A DNA stretch of 64,000 bases from Squalus acanthias (GCA_030390025.1 CM059430.1:67766001-67830000); one strand, 5' to 3'; shown: positions 12,698 to 24,830, numbered from the stretch's first letter. Notes: generated by a model not told the origin, from the sequence alone. Numbers and translations are program-made.

Positions 12698-15600
12698 GTA
12701 TTTTCTTTAGCTCGCTCTTTGTCTTTATGTTTCTCTCTCTCTCTCAGAATCTCTCTACGAGTTTTTTATAACTGTAATAAATGTTCATTTTCTTAATAGT
12801 TGCTGCCGATACTCCGTTTGAAGTAACCCAAGCCCCTGAAAATACCAATTCGGTCGCTGGTACAAACATTGTCTTCAATTGCACATTTCCTGTTTTGCAA
12901 GGCGATTCAGTTGTGAATATTTATTGGTGGAAACTTGGCGAAAATGAATTGATAAAACTAGGCTCAGACACCAGGAAACGATTTCTTACTGAGAAAGGAA
13001 GAGCCTCCTTCCAGCTCCGGAATATCAGTTTCCAGGACTCTGGAGTTTATCACTGCGGAGTGACACATCGGGGAAACAGGAAAGCAAATGGAAGCGGATC
13101 AAAGCTTGTCGTCAGTGGTAAGAACATTTTAAAGAGCGTATCGGCGGTATAGTCTCACAGTTATTCAAAATAAATAATGAGGTATGGCATGCCCCACTCT
13201 TCCTCGTGTTGCTTTAACATTTACATTAGAAATCAAAGGCTTCAATTATAGAGATTCTAGTTATAAAATACAACACATCTGTGTGCTTTTTAAAAACCAT
13301 TTTGACCGTTTTATTAATAATTAGTTTTGTTATGTCATGCTTGTAAGCTTGCGCAGGAAGCGTTGTCATGCCATACAGGTGCGAATACAAATTGTGATAA
13401 CTTGAAAGGTTTTCAGTATAAATAACATTTTGATTAGCCTTATTTGAATATATCCTGAACTGTTTAAAGCTGCAGGTAGATGACCATCTAAACTATCACA
13501 CTAAGCGTGATGTTATCGAGTATAAAGTCTAATTTCAATTATAACATGTACACAGAAGTTAATCCACGTGATTATTTTTAAATGTTGTGTCCCCGCTCTT
13601 GCTGCGATAAATAAGAAAGAACTTGTACTTATGTAGCGCAATTGGTGTCCCAAAGCGTTTTACAATGTAGTTGAAATGCTTTTGAAATGTAGTCACTGTT
13701 TAAATGTAGGAAAACGTGGCAGCCAATGTGCACATAGCAATGTCCGACAATGGGATAATGACTAGATCATTAATGATGGTGCTTGAAGGATAAATATTGG
13801 CCAGGACATCGGCACAATTTCCATGCACTTCTTCGAATAGTGCCGTGGGATATTTTATGTTCGCCTGAGAGGGCAGAGGGGCCGAGGTTTAATATCTTAT
13901 CCAAACATCCCTTCGACAGTGTAGCACTTCCTCCGTAATGCACTGAAGGGTCAGCCTTGATTATGCCCCGAAGTACCTGGAGTAGAGCTTAGAACTCAGG
14001 AATTTCTTACCAGGAGGCAAAAGTGCTACCACTGAGCCATGGCTGACACTGTGTTCTCTGAGAATGAGAGATCAGAGTATCGGAAGCCTGGGTGTTTTTC
14101 CTGTTCTTCAGTCAATAGCTTCTCTCAGCCTCTGGTCGACGAACCAAAGACTTTTTATCTCCTCAAATCCCTTCAAAAACGAATATGTCATCGATAAAGA
14201 ATGTCGTGAATTTGTCCCTGAGTTGTGCAAAATCCATTCGCCACAGTTCTTATTTTCCAGGTACAAAAGTTTCTCTCACGCTGATGTAACCCGTGAAGTG
14301 GAAGGTTCGCCTTTAGTTATTATCCCTGATTGTGATGTTGTACGTTTATTGTAAACCATACAAGTAATACGAATAAAAAACCCAATGGCTGGAAATATAA
14401 TTCATTTGGTGGACGGGGCTAATTGTGAAAAAATCAGTCTAAGATGCTATGCCGCCGCTGTTTATTTCTCGGGTTACCTCCGTAACAAGACGGGCGATGG
14501 GTGTGGGGATACTCTTCCTCTGCTCACTGTAGGTAGCGACAATGTGTGAGAGCAATCAGAAGGTTTCGTTGGGTCGGGAATAGTAGGCTTAGAAGGCCTT
14601 CACAAACGCACATTCTATTCGCTACAGAGACTGGAGAGCTGATTCAAAAACGCGTTCAAATTGTTCTCAATAACGAGGTAACACTGGAAAGTTCGGTTTC
14701 GAAGTTTTATAGAGGGAGCTATATAAATTGTGAGCATAATGGGCTATAGAACCAGAAGCAACATGAGGGGAAACATACGAAGCGAGTTGTTATGATCTGG
14801 AATGCACTGCCTGAAAGGGTGGACGAAACAGATTCAATAGCATCCTTCAAAATGGAATTGGTTAAATACTTGAAGGGGAACATTTGCAGGGTTATGCGGA
14901 AAGAGCAGTGGAGTGGGATTAATTGGACAGCACTTCCAAAGAGACGGCTCAAGCACGATGGGCTGAGTAGCCTCCATCTGTGCTGTACCCTTCTATGATT
15001 CTATAATCTACAATAATTAAAATGTAATGCTTTCGCTATACCATAAACATACAGATTTATACTTCTCTGATACGGTTGTAGCCGATCTGAAGTCGTATCT
15101 ATTCGACTTCAGAAATTCCAGAATAGACCAGATATTTAACTTTCTTCTTCGACCTGTCACCAGCTCCACCAATTCCCCTGAGGATTGTTTCCAACCCATC
15201 TGAAAGTAATGTATTCGGTTCTTTGGCTCTCGTGTGTGAAATGCCTTCATTTTACCCAGTGGGACTGGCTGTCACTTGGTACAAAAATAATCGACGCATT
15301 GAAACCGGAATACATACTACTAAACAGCTCAGCAGAGCCGGGATGTATGAAGCTTCCAGCTATTTTGAAGAGACACAGCCTGTCCAGGGAGGGACTGTTT
15401 ACGTCTGTTTGGTTTCTCACGTGACCCTCCAGTTTCCAGCTATGGCAATTTACTTGGTTCCAAATTCTAACCCAGGTAGGATGTCACTTTGCTTACAAAA
15501 CGAACGTCTGCCATTAATCTGTCAATGGTTATTTGCCAAACAGGGGAAGATTTCCTTTTTTGATTATTGAAAGGGAAACGTGTAAGAAATTTAGCTACAA

Positions 15601-18600
15601 ATAGGGAACAGTGGAAATTATTCACCATATGATATTTTTGTAAAATCCCATCAATATTAAAAATATTACAATTTAATGTTGATTTCCAGAGCAGTTAGAT
15701 TTCCAGTTTTTGACCTACAACCTCCTCCGGAATGCCTGCAATTGGGCGGAAATTTCAACTTTGGTGGGGCGTAAAACTGGCGGAAAAGGATCGGCCCCGT
15801 TATACACGCCGCCAGATTTTCCGTTCCATTTGTTTTTATACGCCTACTGAAGTTAAAAGTTCTCCCAATACACGTGCACCTCTTCAATTCAGTAAATATT
15901 GCAACCCGGAAAATAGTTCTGTCCAAAATTCTTCTTTTCACATCAGGCCATGTTTATTCATTAATATTGACTCTTCGTTCAAACTGCCCATCTCAAATCA
16001 AATAACCGCTGATTCAGCGCCACATGGTCGAAACGCTATGTAGCTTATTTTGTCCAATAACAAGTCCGTGCCGTGAATATTGAAATTCTTTACTCTGAAG
16101 TGCCAAATGAGGAAGAATTCCGCTGATCGCTCTTTGACAAATATATATATGAACATTTCCTGTGATCGCTATTGCTAGGGAAATGGGAAACATACAAAAC
16201 AAAGTTATGTTGGGTTCCGAATTCTAGCTGCATATTTATTCTTTTCTTCAAATAGTGGCAGTCATTTGGTTTGGAATGAATGGAGAGTTGATGAAACAAA
16301 GGGGCGGCGGGAGAAATTTCTGCAGAGAAATGCAACATGCCGAGACATACCTAACAGAGGATACCTTCGCAAAAGAAGTAACGACATAATCCCACATAGT
16401 GACGAGGGCAATTGTTAATTGAATTAATTAACTACTTAAAACTAAAAATTAAGTTTTATTCTTATCAATAGAAAATACTCTTATTCCGTAGAGTGAAAAA
16501 CAGATACAGAAACTAAAGATCGGTCAGCCTTCCAGAAACATAAAATAAACAGGGGGATAAAATTGATCTTCAGCGATAACGCAAAATGGCCGATAGCGAA
16601 TCAGCAGCCGGTTTTGCACTCCTCGCGCGATTTTCTGTTCTATTAGCCCGTTTTCCGCCGGGCGATAATGTCTCCCACCCGTTTCGTTTAGTTTTAAATA
16701 GGGATAAAACAACTTCCATCAGTTAACAATTTGAGTACCCATGCTCAATTGCTGTAAACAATTGTTCAAATATCAGGTTCCATTTAGGGCTCTGATTGCT
16801 GACGGCATCCTCAACAATGCACAGCTCCATATGTGAATGTTACTTTTATCTGGCAGGTAGTGACAGTACTTCGCCCTCGCCTTATTTACGGATCTTTGGA
16901 TGCGCAGGCTTTGCATTGACGTTTCTGGTGCTGGTGATTATCATTGGAATGTCGTTCAGATTCAGTAACTGTAAAGGTAAGTTATCACCAGATTATTTAA
17001 TTTAAATAAAAATTACAACGAATAGAAAATGCTAGTCAGCATGCAGAGAGGATTGTTCCACGCTATAGTTTACTGGTCAGAAGTTTTGTTGACGCGGGAA
17101 TTGAGCTCAGGTTGGTTGTTGAATTTTGAAATCGATCTGTGATCCTGAAATGCAGCATTTATCTTAGAATGGTATGAACATGAAGATGGATTATAGTCCC
17201 GCTGCGCTACCACCCCACCCCGATCCGAAAATCGTCTCTCTGATCTCCACATGTTTAAATATACTGGGGGATGAACATATCTGAAATTCTTCTCCCTTTT
17301 TTTAGGCAGAAGTGTCAGAGTGTTTATTTTTTGTGGAAAGCAATTTCGCATCATTATTGGTCAACAAGCATCCCACGGCGAAAATCTAGGTTGCGGAATG
17401 TTATGAATTTTTTCGACTTTGTCTCACTATAAATTGGGATCCGCCATACTTGCTGAATCATATCGTGCATCATTCACAATGAAGCTTTGAATGTTGTGTT
17501 TTACTAGGCAGGGAGAGAAAAGATGAAGAAATCAATTGTGTAAGTCTGTAAGTTTAAAACATTTATCTGATTGATGTTTTAAGTGTAATGTGATAATTTT
17601 CTGTTCTGTTGAGAACATTTCAAATCTATTTCAGACTACGATAACACGTTTCTGCACTTTGCCAGTTGGTTACATCAGACTGGGACATCAAAAACTGTCA
17701 ACATGCAGTACTCCCAAGTGAAAGTTGACGCAGAATTCGTACCGAAATCCATTGTCTAGGCACTAAATGCACTCAGTCTGCTCAGATCCTGGAGTAGCGT
17801 ACTTTTTTGTCAGTTACAATACCATGGTCAGGGGACGCTCCCAGTGTATGCCGACTCCGTGGCAGGGTCTAGTGCCCGGTTAGAAAGGGAGGAAATTTGA
17901 GTGAGGCCCCGGGCCGTAGGAGTCTGAAAGCAGCTGACATCAGCAGGCTCCCAAGCCCGGAAAATGGTTTAGTAACTTGGAAAAAGTATACAACTTCACT
18001 TTTAGCGTTCTGTTTGTTTTGATGCTACGCCTTTACCGGCCATCTAGACGGAGGAGAGCAGCCAGACACGGCGCAAATCTAACACAATCTTCATGTGACA
18101 TCACTGCATCTAGATATTGAAAATTCTTCGTTTTGAAAATGGGAGGGAGACCTGGAGCTCCCTCTCTCACCTAATTTACATGAATAGGTCGTGCTGCTGC
18201 TGCTGCTGTCCCTAGATCCCAGCGCAAAGTAATGGGGATCAGGCCCTGTATATTTGGTCATTGTCCCTATTTTCCTGACCAATGCGCCCAAGGACCGGTC
18301 ATTTCACCACGGCAAAAATCTGGAAAGTTAACCTTAAACAAAATTCCCAGCTTTGGGTGTTTTATTCTCAAACATCGATAACCTTTCTTCTGAGATTATT
18401 GGTGTAATGTTTCAATTAGCCACAGTTCTGCACCAGCAATTGTTTTCTGCTCACCCATCCAGGGCAAGTTGCCCACTACAGTTGGAAACCCAGCTTGGAT
18501 TTCTGCAAGGAAATTTTAAAAGGTTGGCCACGAAGATTTGCTGGAGCCAATGGCACAATAGTGAGTGGCCACAGAGTGCGCTGCACCAAATTAATTTGTT

Positions 18601-21600
18601 TGTGTTTTGGTTATGCATCATGTAAATGAGAGTTTTAAATTTATGCCCCAGGCTTTGGGTACTCAAAGTGGGTTGAGGCTGCGTCTTTGAGGCGGATGTA
18701 GTTTTTCAGAGATTTAGGGGGGAATTCAGTATCTTTGCGCCTCCCGTTAGCGACAGCAGATGGCGCTAATGGGGTGCTAGAGCATTATTACTGGGGCGAG
18801 GCAAATCCAGCTCCACACACAAAACCACCCCCCTCCCCCGCAGCGCCGGAACTAAAAGTTATTGCCGGGAACATCAACGCTAGATGGATTGTGATGCCAG
18901 TGAGTGTGCAACGCTCACTGACTTCACAATCTGCAAAATTGATTATCGCCACCGACCTTAGCACCTGGAGGATACAGCGACTGGGAGAGCTGTTGGGAAA
19001 CACCAGGAAGCTGGCTCCAAGAACGTTATTTAAAGCAATCATCACTGATGAGTCACAGCTGTAGGTTAGTGCAGTTTCCATGCTTTATTGACAGTTTCAC
19101 ATCGTGCGACAGTCTTATTCTGTGATTTCAAGGTTATTTAATGTAAAGGGTGTTGTCGCAACTAAAATGTAGCTACATTGATTCTTAAAAAAATAAAACT
19201 GCTACACTTGGTTACATTAATGGGGCTGTACTCGCAGTTGACCTCGCCCTCCAGGATCTATGGTGGAGGGAGAGGAGGCAGCGAGAAAGTCTGGAACATG
19301 TGGCCAGAGGGAAGAGGAGGGCCATCAGGGCTCAAAACAGGAGGCCTATCCATCTGAAGGTATTCCAAGATCACTTCTCCTAGCTCCAATTAAGTGAGGA
19401 GCAGTGTATTGGAAGGCTCCGCGTCCCCAAGGAGGAGGTCACAGAACTCTGCCACCCCAGAGCTCCAGCCTCAGATCAGGGTGACCACGGCTCCTTCAAT
19501 GGCCGCCAAGGTCACCATCAAACTCAATTTCTTCACCTGTGGGTCCTTCCAGTCTGCAACAGGAGACAAAACTAACATCGCGCATATTGCCATCCATCGC
19601 TGCATCCGGGACGTCACAGGGGCTCTCTACAGTAGGAGAAGGGACTACATAATCTTCCCCATCACCAGAGAGAAGCAGGAAGAGCGTGCATATGGCTTCA
19701 TCAGGAGAGTGGGATTCCCCATGGTGCAGTGCACCATTGACTGCACCCATGTGGCTTTGCAGACACAGCATAACAATCCTGAGATTTTCTGTAACCGCAA
19801 AGGCTACCACTCACTTAATGTGCAGTTGGTGCATGACCACAGACAGTGAATCCTCAATGTCAATGCCTGCTATCCTGGCAGCAGCCACAGTGCCTTCAAG
19901 CTGCACCAACATTCTTCCAGCCACCACATCAAGCTCACGGCTGGCTGGTCGGAGGCTCTGGCTATCCGCTCTCCACTGGGTTCATACTCCCGCTCCACAA
20001 CCCCAATACATACATACATAGATACATAGAAGACTCCTGCTCTGCACTCACATAATGAGAGCCGTGCTGCCACCAGGAACATAATCGAGCAGACCATCGG
20101 GGGCTCAAGGAACAGTTCTGCAGCCTTGACTGCTCGGGAGGAGCCCTCCAGTACTCGGCTGAGTGGGTGTTCCATTTTGTGGTGGTCTGCTGCATGCTCC
20201 ACAAATTGTCCGTCATGAAGGCTCAGCCCTGCCACTTTAGGAGGAGGAAGACGAGGACGAGGAGGAAGAGGAAGCCGAGGAGGAGGAGGAACAGGAGCGA
20301 CGGAGGAGGCAGCCACTCAATCGGCCTTCTGGAAGGGTGGTCTGTGACCACCTCATCAGAATGCAAATGAATTTAACACCAGATCCCCGTTGCTCAGCAC
20401 ACCCCCAACATTGAATTCCTGTTGCAGGCCATATCACAGCGCAAACCTGAAATGAGAGACACCACAAAAGAATCCAAACTGAATTAATAAATTTATCAAT
20501 AATTAGTGAACACATATTTACAACAAAATATTGGCCCTGATTTTCCGAATGGAGGCTTTCAGCGGGCGGATGCCTCCAATCAGAATAAAATCTATGAACC
20601 TACCTGCTGGTTTCATAGATCCCGAGGCTTCCGATCCTGGGTCTCTCCTGTTGAAATGCGCAGAGGCCCACGTATCCCAGGGGTGCATGCGGTTCCCAAT
20701 TGCCCCTGGGATCATGTGGGCCAGGCGAACCAATCAAAGAAGGGAATCCCCCTTCATACTTTTGACAGGTCTGTAGGGATAGAACTGTCAAAAATACGAA
20801 TGGGTATCACATTTTAAAACTCACTAAAACAGTAAATAAATTTAAAAATAACTACATAATTAAAATTAATTAAAATTTCATGTAATTAAGTTTTTTTTTA
20901 ATTAATTGTTTTGACCAAAAAATGTTTTTACGGGTTTAAAAATAAACTTACCTTTGTGAAGAGGATTTTTAATTTATAAATCAGTAATCAAATTAAAATT
21001 TTCTATTTTTCAGCTCTCTTAAGCTGGTAAAACCAGGCCTTATGTCTGCTTTTACCAGGCATAAGAATTCTATGGTATTTCAGTTGGCTGAAGTTGTGCA
21101 AAAAGCGCAACACTCCACCCGCAGAGGCACGTTTCCCGGGCAGGCGGATTCTTGACAGATCGCAAGTGCTGGTTTTCAGCGTATGCACGGGCGGCAGCAG
21201 TCTCGGCTGGTGGGATGACAGGCAGCAACAAGGGCAATGGCGAGTGGCAGTGGTGGGAGCAGGAATGCTGTCATCCTGAGACAGGACAGAAGGTTCCGCC
21301 TCCACTGACCGACTGCCACTCCTCTTGGGCAACACCTCAGCATCCTCAGCAATCTTTTGGAGCAGATTGCTGGCCTGCTGAGACACTGTGGAAGCTCCGG
21401 TTGACGGTGGTAGACCCAGCCACGATGGCAGCAGTCAGAGCTTGCGTGGCATCAAGCTGAGACTGAATGATAGCAGTCTGAGAAAGAAAAAAAGACTTGC
21501 ATTTCGATAGTCACTTTCACGTCAACTGGACATCTCAAAGCCCTTTTTTTTCCAACTAAGTACTTTTTGAAGTGTAGCTACTGTTGTAATATAAGAAATG

Positions 21601-21907
21601 AGGCAGTCAATTTCTGCACAGCAAGTTTTCACGAACAGCAACGTGATAATGAACAGATAATCTGTTTTAGATATATTGATTAAGGGATAAATATTGGCCA
21701 CGACAGCAGGGACAATTGGCCTGCTCTTTTTCGAAATAGTGCCATGGGATCTTTCACGTCCACCTGACAGAGCAGAGGGGGGGGGGGAGGGCTCGTTTTA
21801 ATGTCTCATCTGAAAGATGGCACCTCTGACAGTGCAGCACTCGCTCAGTACACTACTGTTGTGTCAGTCTAGATTTTGTGCTCAAGTTCCTGGAGTGGGA
21901 CTTGAAC

Positions 21908-21940
<33 letters not shown>

Positions 21941-24147
21941 ACCACTGAGACACAGCTGACACTTTCATTGGATGCCACCAAGCATAGACTGCATTACAGC
22001 ACTAACACGTAGCGTCGCTTCTGCCTGTGCTGCAGTGGAAGCTGCCAGATCACCCAGCACATATGGCATCAGGTCTGGGTCGCCACGGTCAATCTGGAAG
22101 TCCATCATCCTTTGCAGACTAGAAATTATGGGCTCCATGGTGTGTGCAGATCTTTGTGCAGTGTTGGAAGCAGAGTCCTTCACGTTCTCTATCACTGCCA
22201 AGAGGCTCTCAGGCACCCTTGTCATTGCACCTATCATCTCTGTGTGCATGCCCAACACCCTTCTTCTTAGCGCCTCCCTATCAAGGTCCTCATCTGAGTC
22301 CTTATAAGCGGAATTCGCCCTCTGGGGAGCTGAACCACGAGCTACCCTTTCGCCCTGGCCTTGCTGCAGCTTGCCCGTCCCCGGTGCCTCACCCTGTGCA
22401 CATCCCGCTACTATCCTTGCCTCTAAAGAATGCGTAATGCCAGTATCTGAGCTGGTGCCTGCGGATGAGACATGCAGTGACACAGGGTGTTATTCCGCTT
22501 CCTCATCACCCGCCCCGCTCTCTATGGTGCCCTCAGGGACAGGCTGCTCAGGTGCTTGCTCATTATCTGAAAGCATAAAGACACAAGAGTCAGGTTACGG
22601 TGAGGGGAGGGGGGCAGGAACGGAGAAATGAATGCATACAGCATGACTAGCTGCAAAGTGCAAAAGGCTTGTGGGGTGAGGTGGAAGAGGGATGTGAGAA
22701 GAAGGAGTATGGAGGAACATACCGCTGTTGTCCCCAAGGGGTCAACGTCGCCAGTTGCCATGACGCCCACTACCTAGCACCCAATAATCTCCAGCACTCT
22801 ATTTTCCAGCGCAGACAGTGTGTCGACTTGGCCCCCGCCTGTGCGACCCTGCTCCCTCCTGTTGTGAGCCATCTTGGCCTGCAAGAGAAAGGAAAGTGTG
22901 TGAGTGAATGTGGAGCAATGTGTTTGGGTGATATGCCTGCCATATTTGAATAGCTGTCATTGTGTGTAAGGTGTGAGATGTGGGTGAGAGTTTTGGTAGG
23001 TAGAGATTGTTGATGGGTGAGTGCTGGGGTGTGGTGCTTTGGCCACTGTGTGCAGACTGTGTCCCAGACGGTGGTATGTAGCATTTGTTGAGGCATTGAC
23101 TCACACTGACCACCTGCGTGAGGTACTTAAATTTCTTTCAGCACTGTGTATGGGTGCTGGGGACCACAGTGCTGCCTGACAACTCATGGGCAACCACCCT
23201 CCACATGGCATGGAAGCCTTGCGGCGAGCGCTTCCTGCCACTTGCTGGGTAGCGCACCAACCTCTGTCTCTCCACAGCAGACATCAACTCCTCCTATGCT
23301 TGGTCGGAAAATCTGCGGCCTCTCTCTCTGGGGCGTGGTTCTGCCATGAGCACAGCTGATTGAGTCGTCCAGCTCCTTGGACTTGGCTTGCTCCTGTTTG
23401 CTCACACAGGTTCACAGGCAGCAATGCTGAGAATGAGGTTCTGCAGCATGAATGACCCTCCCCTTTAAGAACTGGAAATAGCCTGTGGCAATGATGAATT
23501 GCAATTAGACGGCACCTGATATTGGTTAGAGTTTTGAGTGTAACGCCACTGAGCTAGCCCATTAGCATTTGATTTAGCGCTCCCATCCTTTCTTTGACCG
23601 ATGACATTGAATTTTGAATGCAGCAAGATTCCTTAGCACCTGGCGCTAAATCTCAAACTTTTCCAAAGTTAGCGCCCATTCCTGGGCTAAAATAAATTTC
23701 TTCCCCTATGATTCTAACACTGTATCAAACATGTTGCCTGTGAAACTGTGGATGCAATGGGCATTAAATACTGCATAATGTGGACAATGTCTTGATGATT
23801 ATTAAACTATATTAACAACATTATGGAATTGGGATTTTCTATAGCTTTACTTGAAAATAACTTATTATAGGGGAATGAATGTTATGTAAATAAAATTGCT
23901 TGAGGTAAGTAGCTAGCCCAATAATATACATATATTAATCTAAGGAATATTCAAATATCATCATGATCTTACTCTGTTTTATAAAGCATTCTGAAAATTA
24001 ATGAAGTTAATGCGATAACTTTACAACACATTGCTTTTATAGACCTTGCAAGAAGCTGTTGATAACCCGCTGACGTACGCAACCGTCGTTTTGCTTAGTT
24101 CTGAGAAAAATGGAAAATCTAGAAGGAAGGTAAAGTGCACAGAATAA
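12643..24147 (+). CDS. Ig-superfamily type I membrane receptor, VJ-C1-TM-ITIM (non-rearranging, antigen-receptor/NKp30/SIRP-like); 6 exons, about 313 aa
   Basis: Exons 12643-12697, 12800-13117, 15164-15475, 16857-16976, 17508-17539 and 24043-24147 all have GT/AG boundaries and join in frame (intron phases 1,1,1,1,0; 942 nt). One domain per exon with phase-1 introns is typical of IgSF genes. Confidence 0.85.
12800..13117 (+). CDS. IgSF receptor exon 2, V-set domain with germline-joined J-like G strand
   Basis: VTQxP...FNCTF...IYWWK...ASFQLRNISFQDSGVYHC...NGSGSKLVV: canonical Cys, Trp, DxGxYxC and GxG-x-x-L-x-V motifs. Acceptor TTAATAG|, donor G|GTAAGA. Confidence 0.93.
13613..14049 (-). mobile_element. 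tRNA-derived SINE with Deu-type core (IgSF intron 2)
   Basis: On -: GTGTCAGCCATGGCTCAGTGGTAGCAC head, core ATCCCACGGCACTATTCGAAGAAG...GGCCAATATTTATCC, tail GCGCTACATAAGTACAAGTTCTTTCTT. Confidence 0.8.
14720..15005 (+). mobile_element. Old CR1 3'-end fragment (IgSF intron 2)
   Basis: RVVMIWNALPERV...SFKMEL and a CR1-like tail TTCTATGATTCTAT. Confidence 0.7.
15164..15475 (+). CDS. IgSF receptor exon 3, C1-set domain
   Basis: LALVCEMPSFYPVGLAVTWYKN...YEASSYF...YVCLVSHVTL carries the C1 signatures (C-x-x-x-x-FYP, W, YxCxVxH). Acceptor TCACCAG|, donor G|GTAGG, phase 1 on both sides. Confidence 0.93.
16857..16976 (+). CDS. IgSF receptor exon 4, stalk and transmembrane helix
   Basis: GSDSTSPSPYLR-IFGCAGFALTFLVLVIIIGM-SFRFSNCK: about 20 hydrophobic residues with no charged residue. 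Acceptor TGGCAG|, donor G|GTAAGT. Confidence 0.88.
17508..17539 (+). CDS. IgSF receptor exon 5, short cytoplasmic exon (GRERKDEEINC)
   Basis: Acceptor GTTTTACTAG|, donor |GTAAGT. The 32 nt convert phase 1 to phase 0, matching the ITIM exon. Confidence 0.65.
19219..20370 (+). pseudogene. Harbinger transposase pseudogene
   Basis: Homologous to the 50891-52051 protein but broken by stops and frameshifts (ORF pieces 19394-19849, 20167-20370). Confidence 0.85.
20533..21190 (+). mobile_element. GGCCC-ended MITE, 3'-truncated, in the intergenic region of the 18717 Harbinger
   Basis: ATT|GGCCCTGATTTTCCG start and the same internal motifs. The right end is lost with adjacent host sequence. Confidence 0.75.
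21483..21963 (-). mobile_element. tRNA-derived Deu-type SINE inside the 18717 Harbinger Myb gene
   Basis: Head GTGTCAGCTGTGTCTCAGTGGTTAGCAC...GGGTTCAAGTCCC; core and tail as in the 13613 copy. Confidence 0.85.
24043..24147 (+). CDS. IgSF receptor exon 6, ITIM-bearing cytoplasmic tail (TLQEAVDNPLTYATVVLLSSEKNGKSRRKVKCTE*)
   Basis: Acceptor TTGCTTTTATAG|. LTYATV fits the ITIM consensus (I/V/L/S)xYxx(L/V). Stop TAA at 24145-24147. Confidence 0.7.
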   Translation, partial: TLQEAVDNPLTYATVVLLSSEKNGKSRRKVKCTE

Positions 24148-24830
24148 GGACCGTACAAAAAAGTGATGAGCGCCGATCTGCTACACAGAACCAAGATTAA
24201 AATGATATCAATTCTGGATGTAGACGACTTTTACTTCTTTATATTGGCCGGACCTATCCACGTGACATGCAATGTCCTCTGTTTTCATCAACGTCAGTCC
24301 CTAATATAACTCAGAGCAATTTCAACACAATATTACATCTAAAGCTTCAACGAAATAGTATTTATTATAAGGGAATATGATTTGGTAATTTAAATGAGAG
24401 TTGATTGGATTAATTAGATCTTGTGGTCGATTAATACATTATGCTTCCATGACTGTCAATCCAACTGTAAAAACTGTTCTAACATTGCTTAGAAGTAGCC
24501 AAAAGAAACGGGCAACCTCATTTTTTCAGAGGTTCTATTCAACGTCAATATCTATTTCTTCCCAGGGACAATTCATTTCAAGACTGGTATAAAAAATTAA
24601 ATATTCTGCAGTCTGTCATAAAAAAAGAGTACAGAAGATAAAATATATTTGGGACTCCTCAAAGTGAAAGACTACTATACGTAAAATATGGGGCATCCAC
24701 TTCAGGTATTACTTACTACCAGGTAACATAGCCGGATGTAGCAGACAACTCGTTTTACCCTGTCTCTGAGCGGACAGTATTTCTTCGCCCAAAAACCAGA
24801 TGAGCACTTCCAACTACATAGAATTGCATA

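Larger units (their letters stand above)
18717..23706 (+). mobile_element. Older PIF/Harbinger transposon (transposase +, Myb -), decayed, inside intron 5 of the IgSF gene
   Basis: TTA|GGGGGGAATTCAG ... AAATTTCTTCCCC termini. Transposase remnants (CTIDCTHV, NRKGYHSLNVQLV, ALQYSAEWVFHFVVVCCMLH) at about 19219-20370. Myb remnants on - at about 21200-23347. It carries MITE and SINE insertions. Confidence 0.88.

Noticed and set aside
12800-13200. Rearranging TCR/Ig V segment
   Set aside because: The V exon already includes the J-like strand and ends in a splice donor. I see no heptamer-spacer-nonamer RSS after the YxC region.
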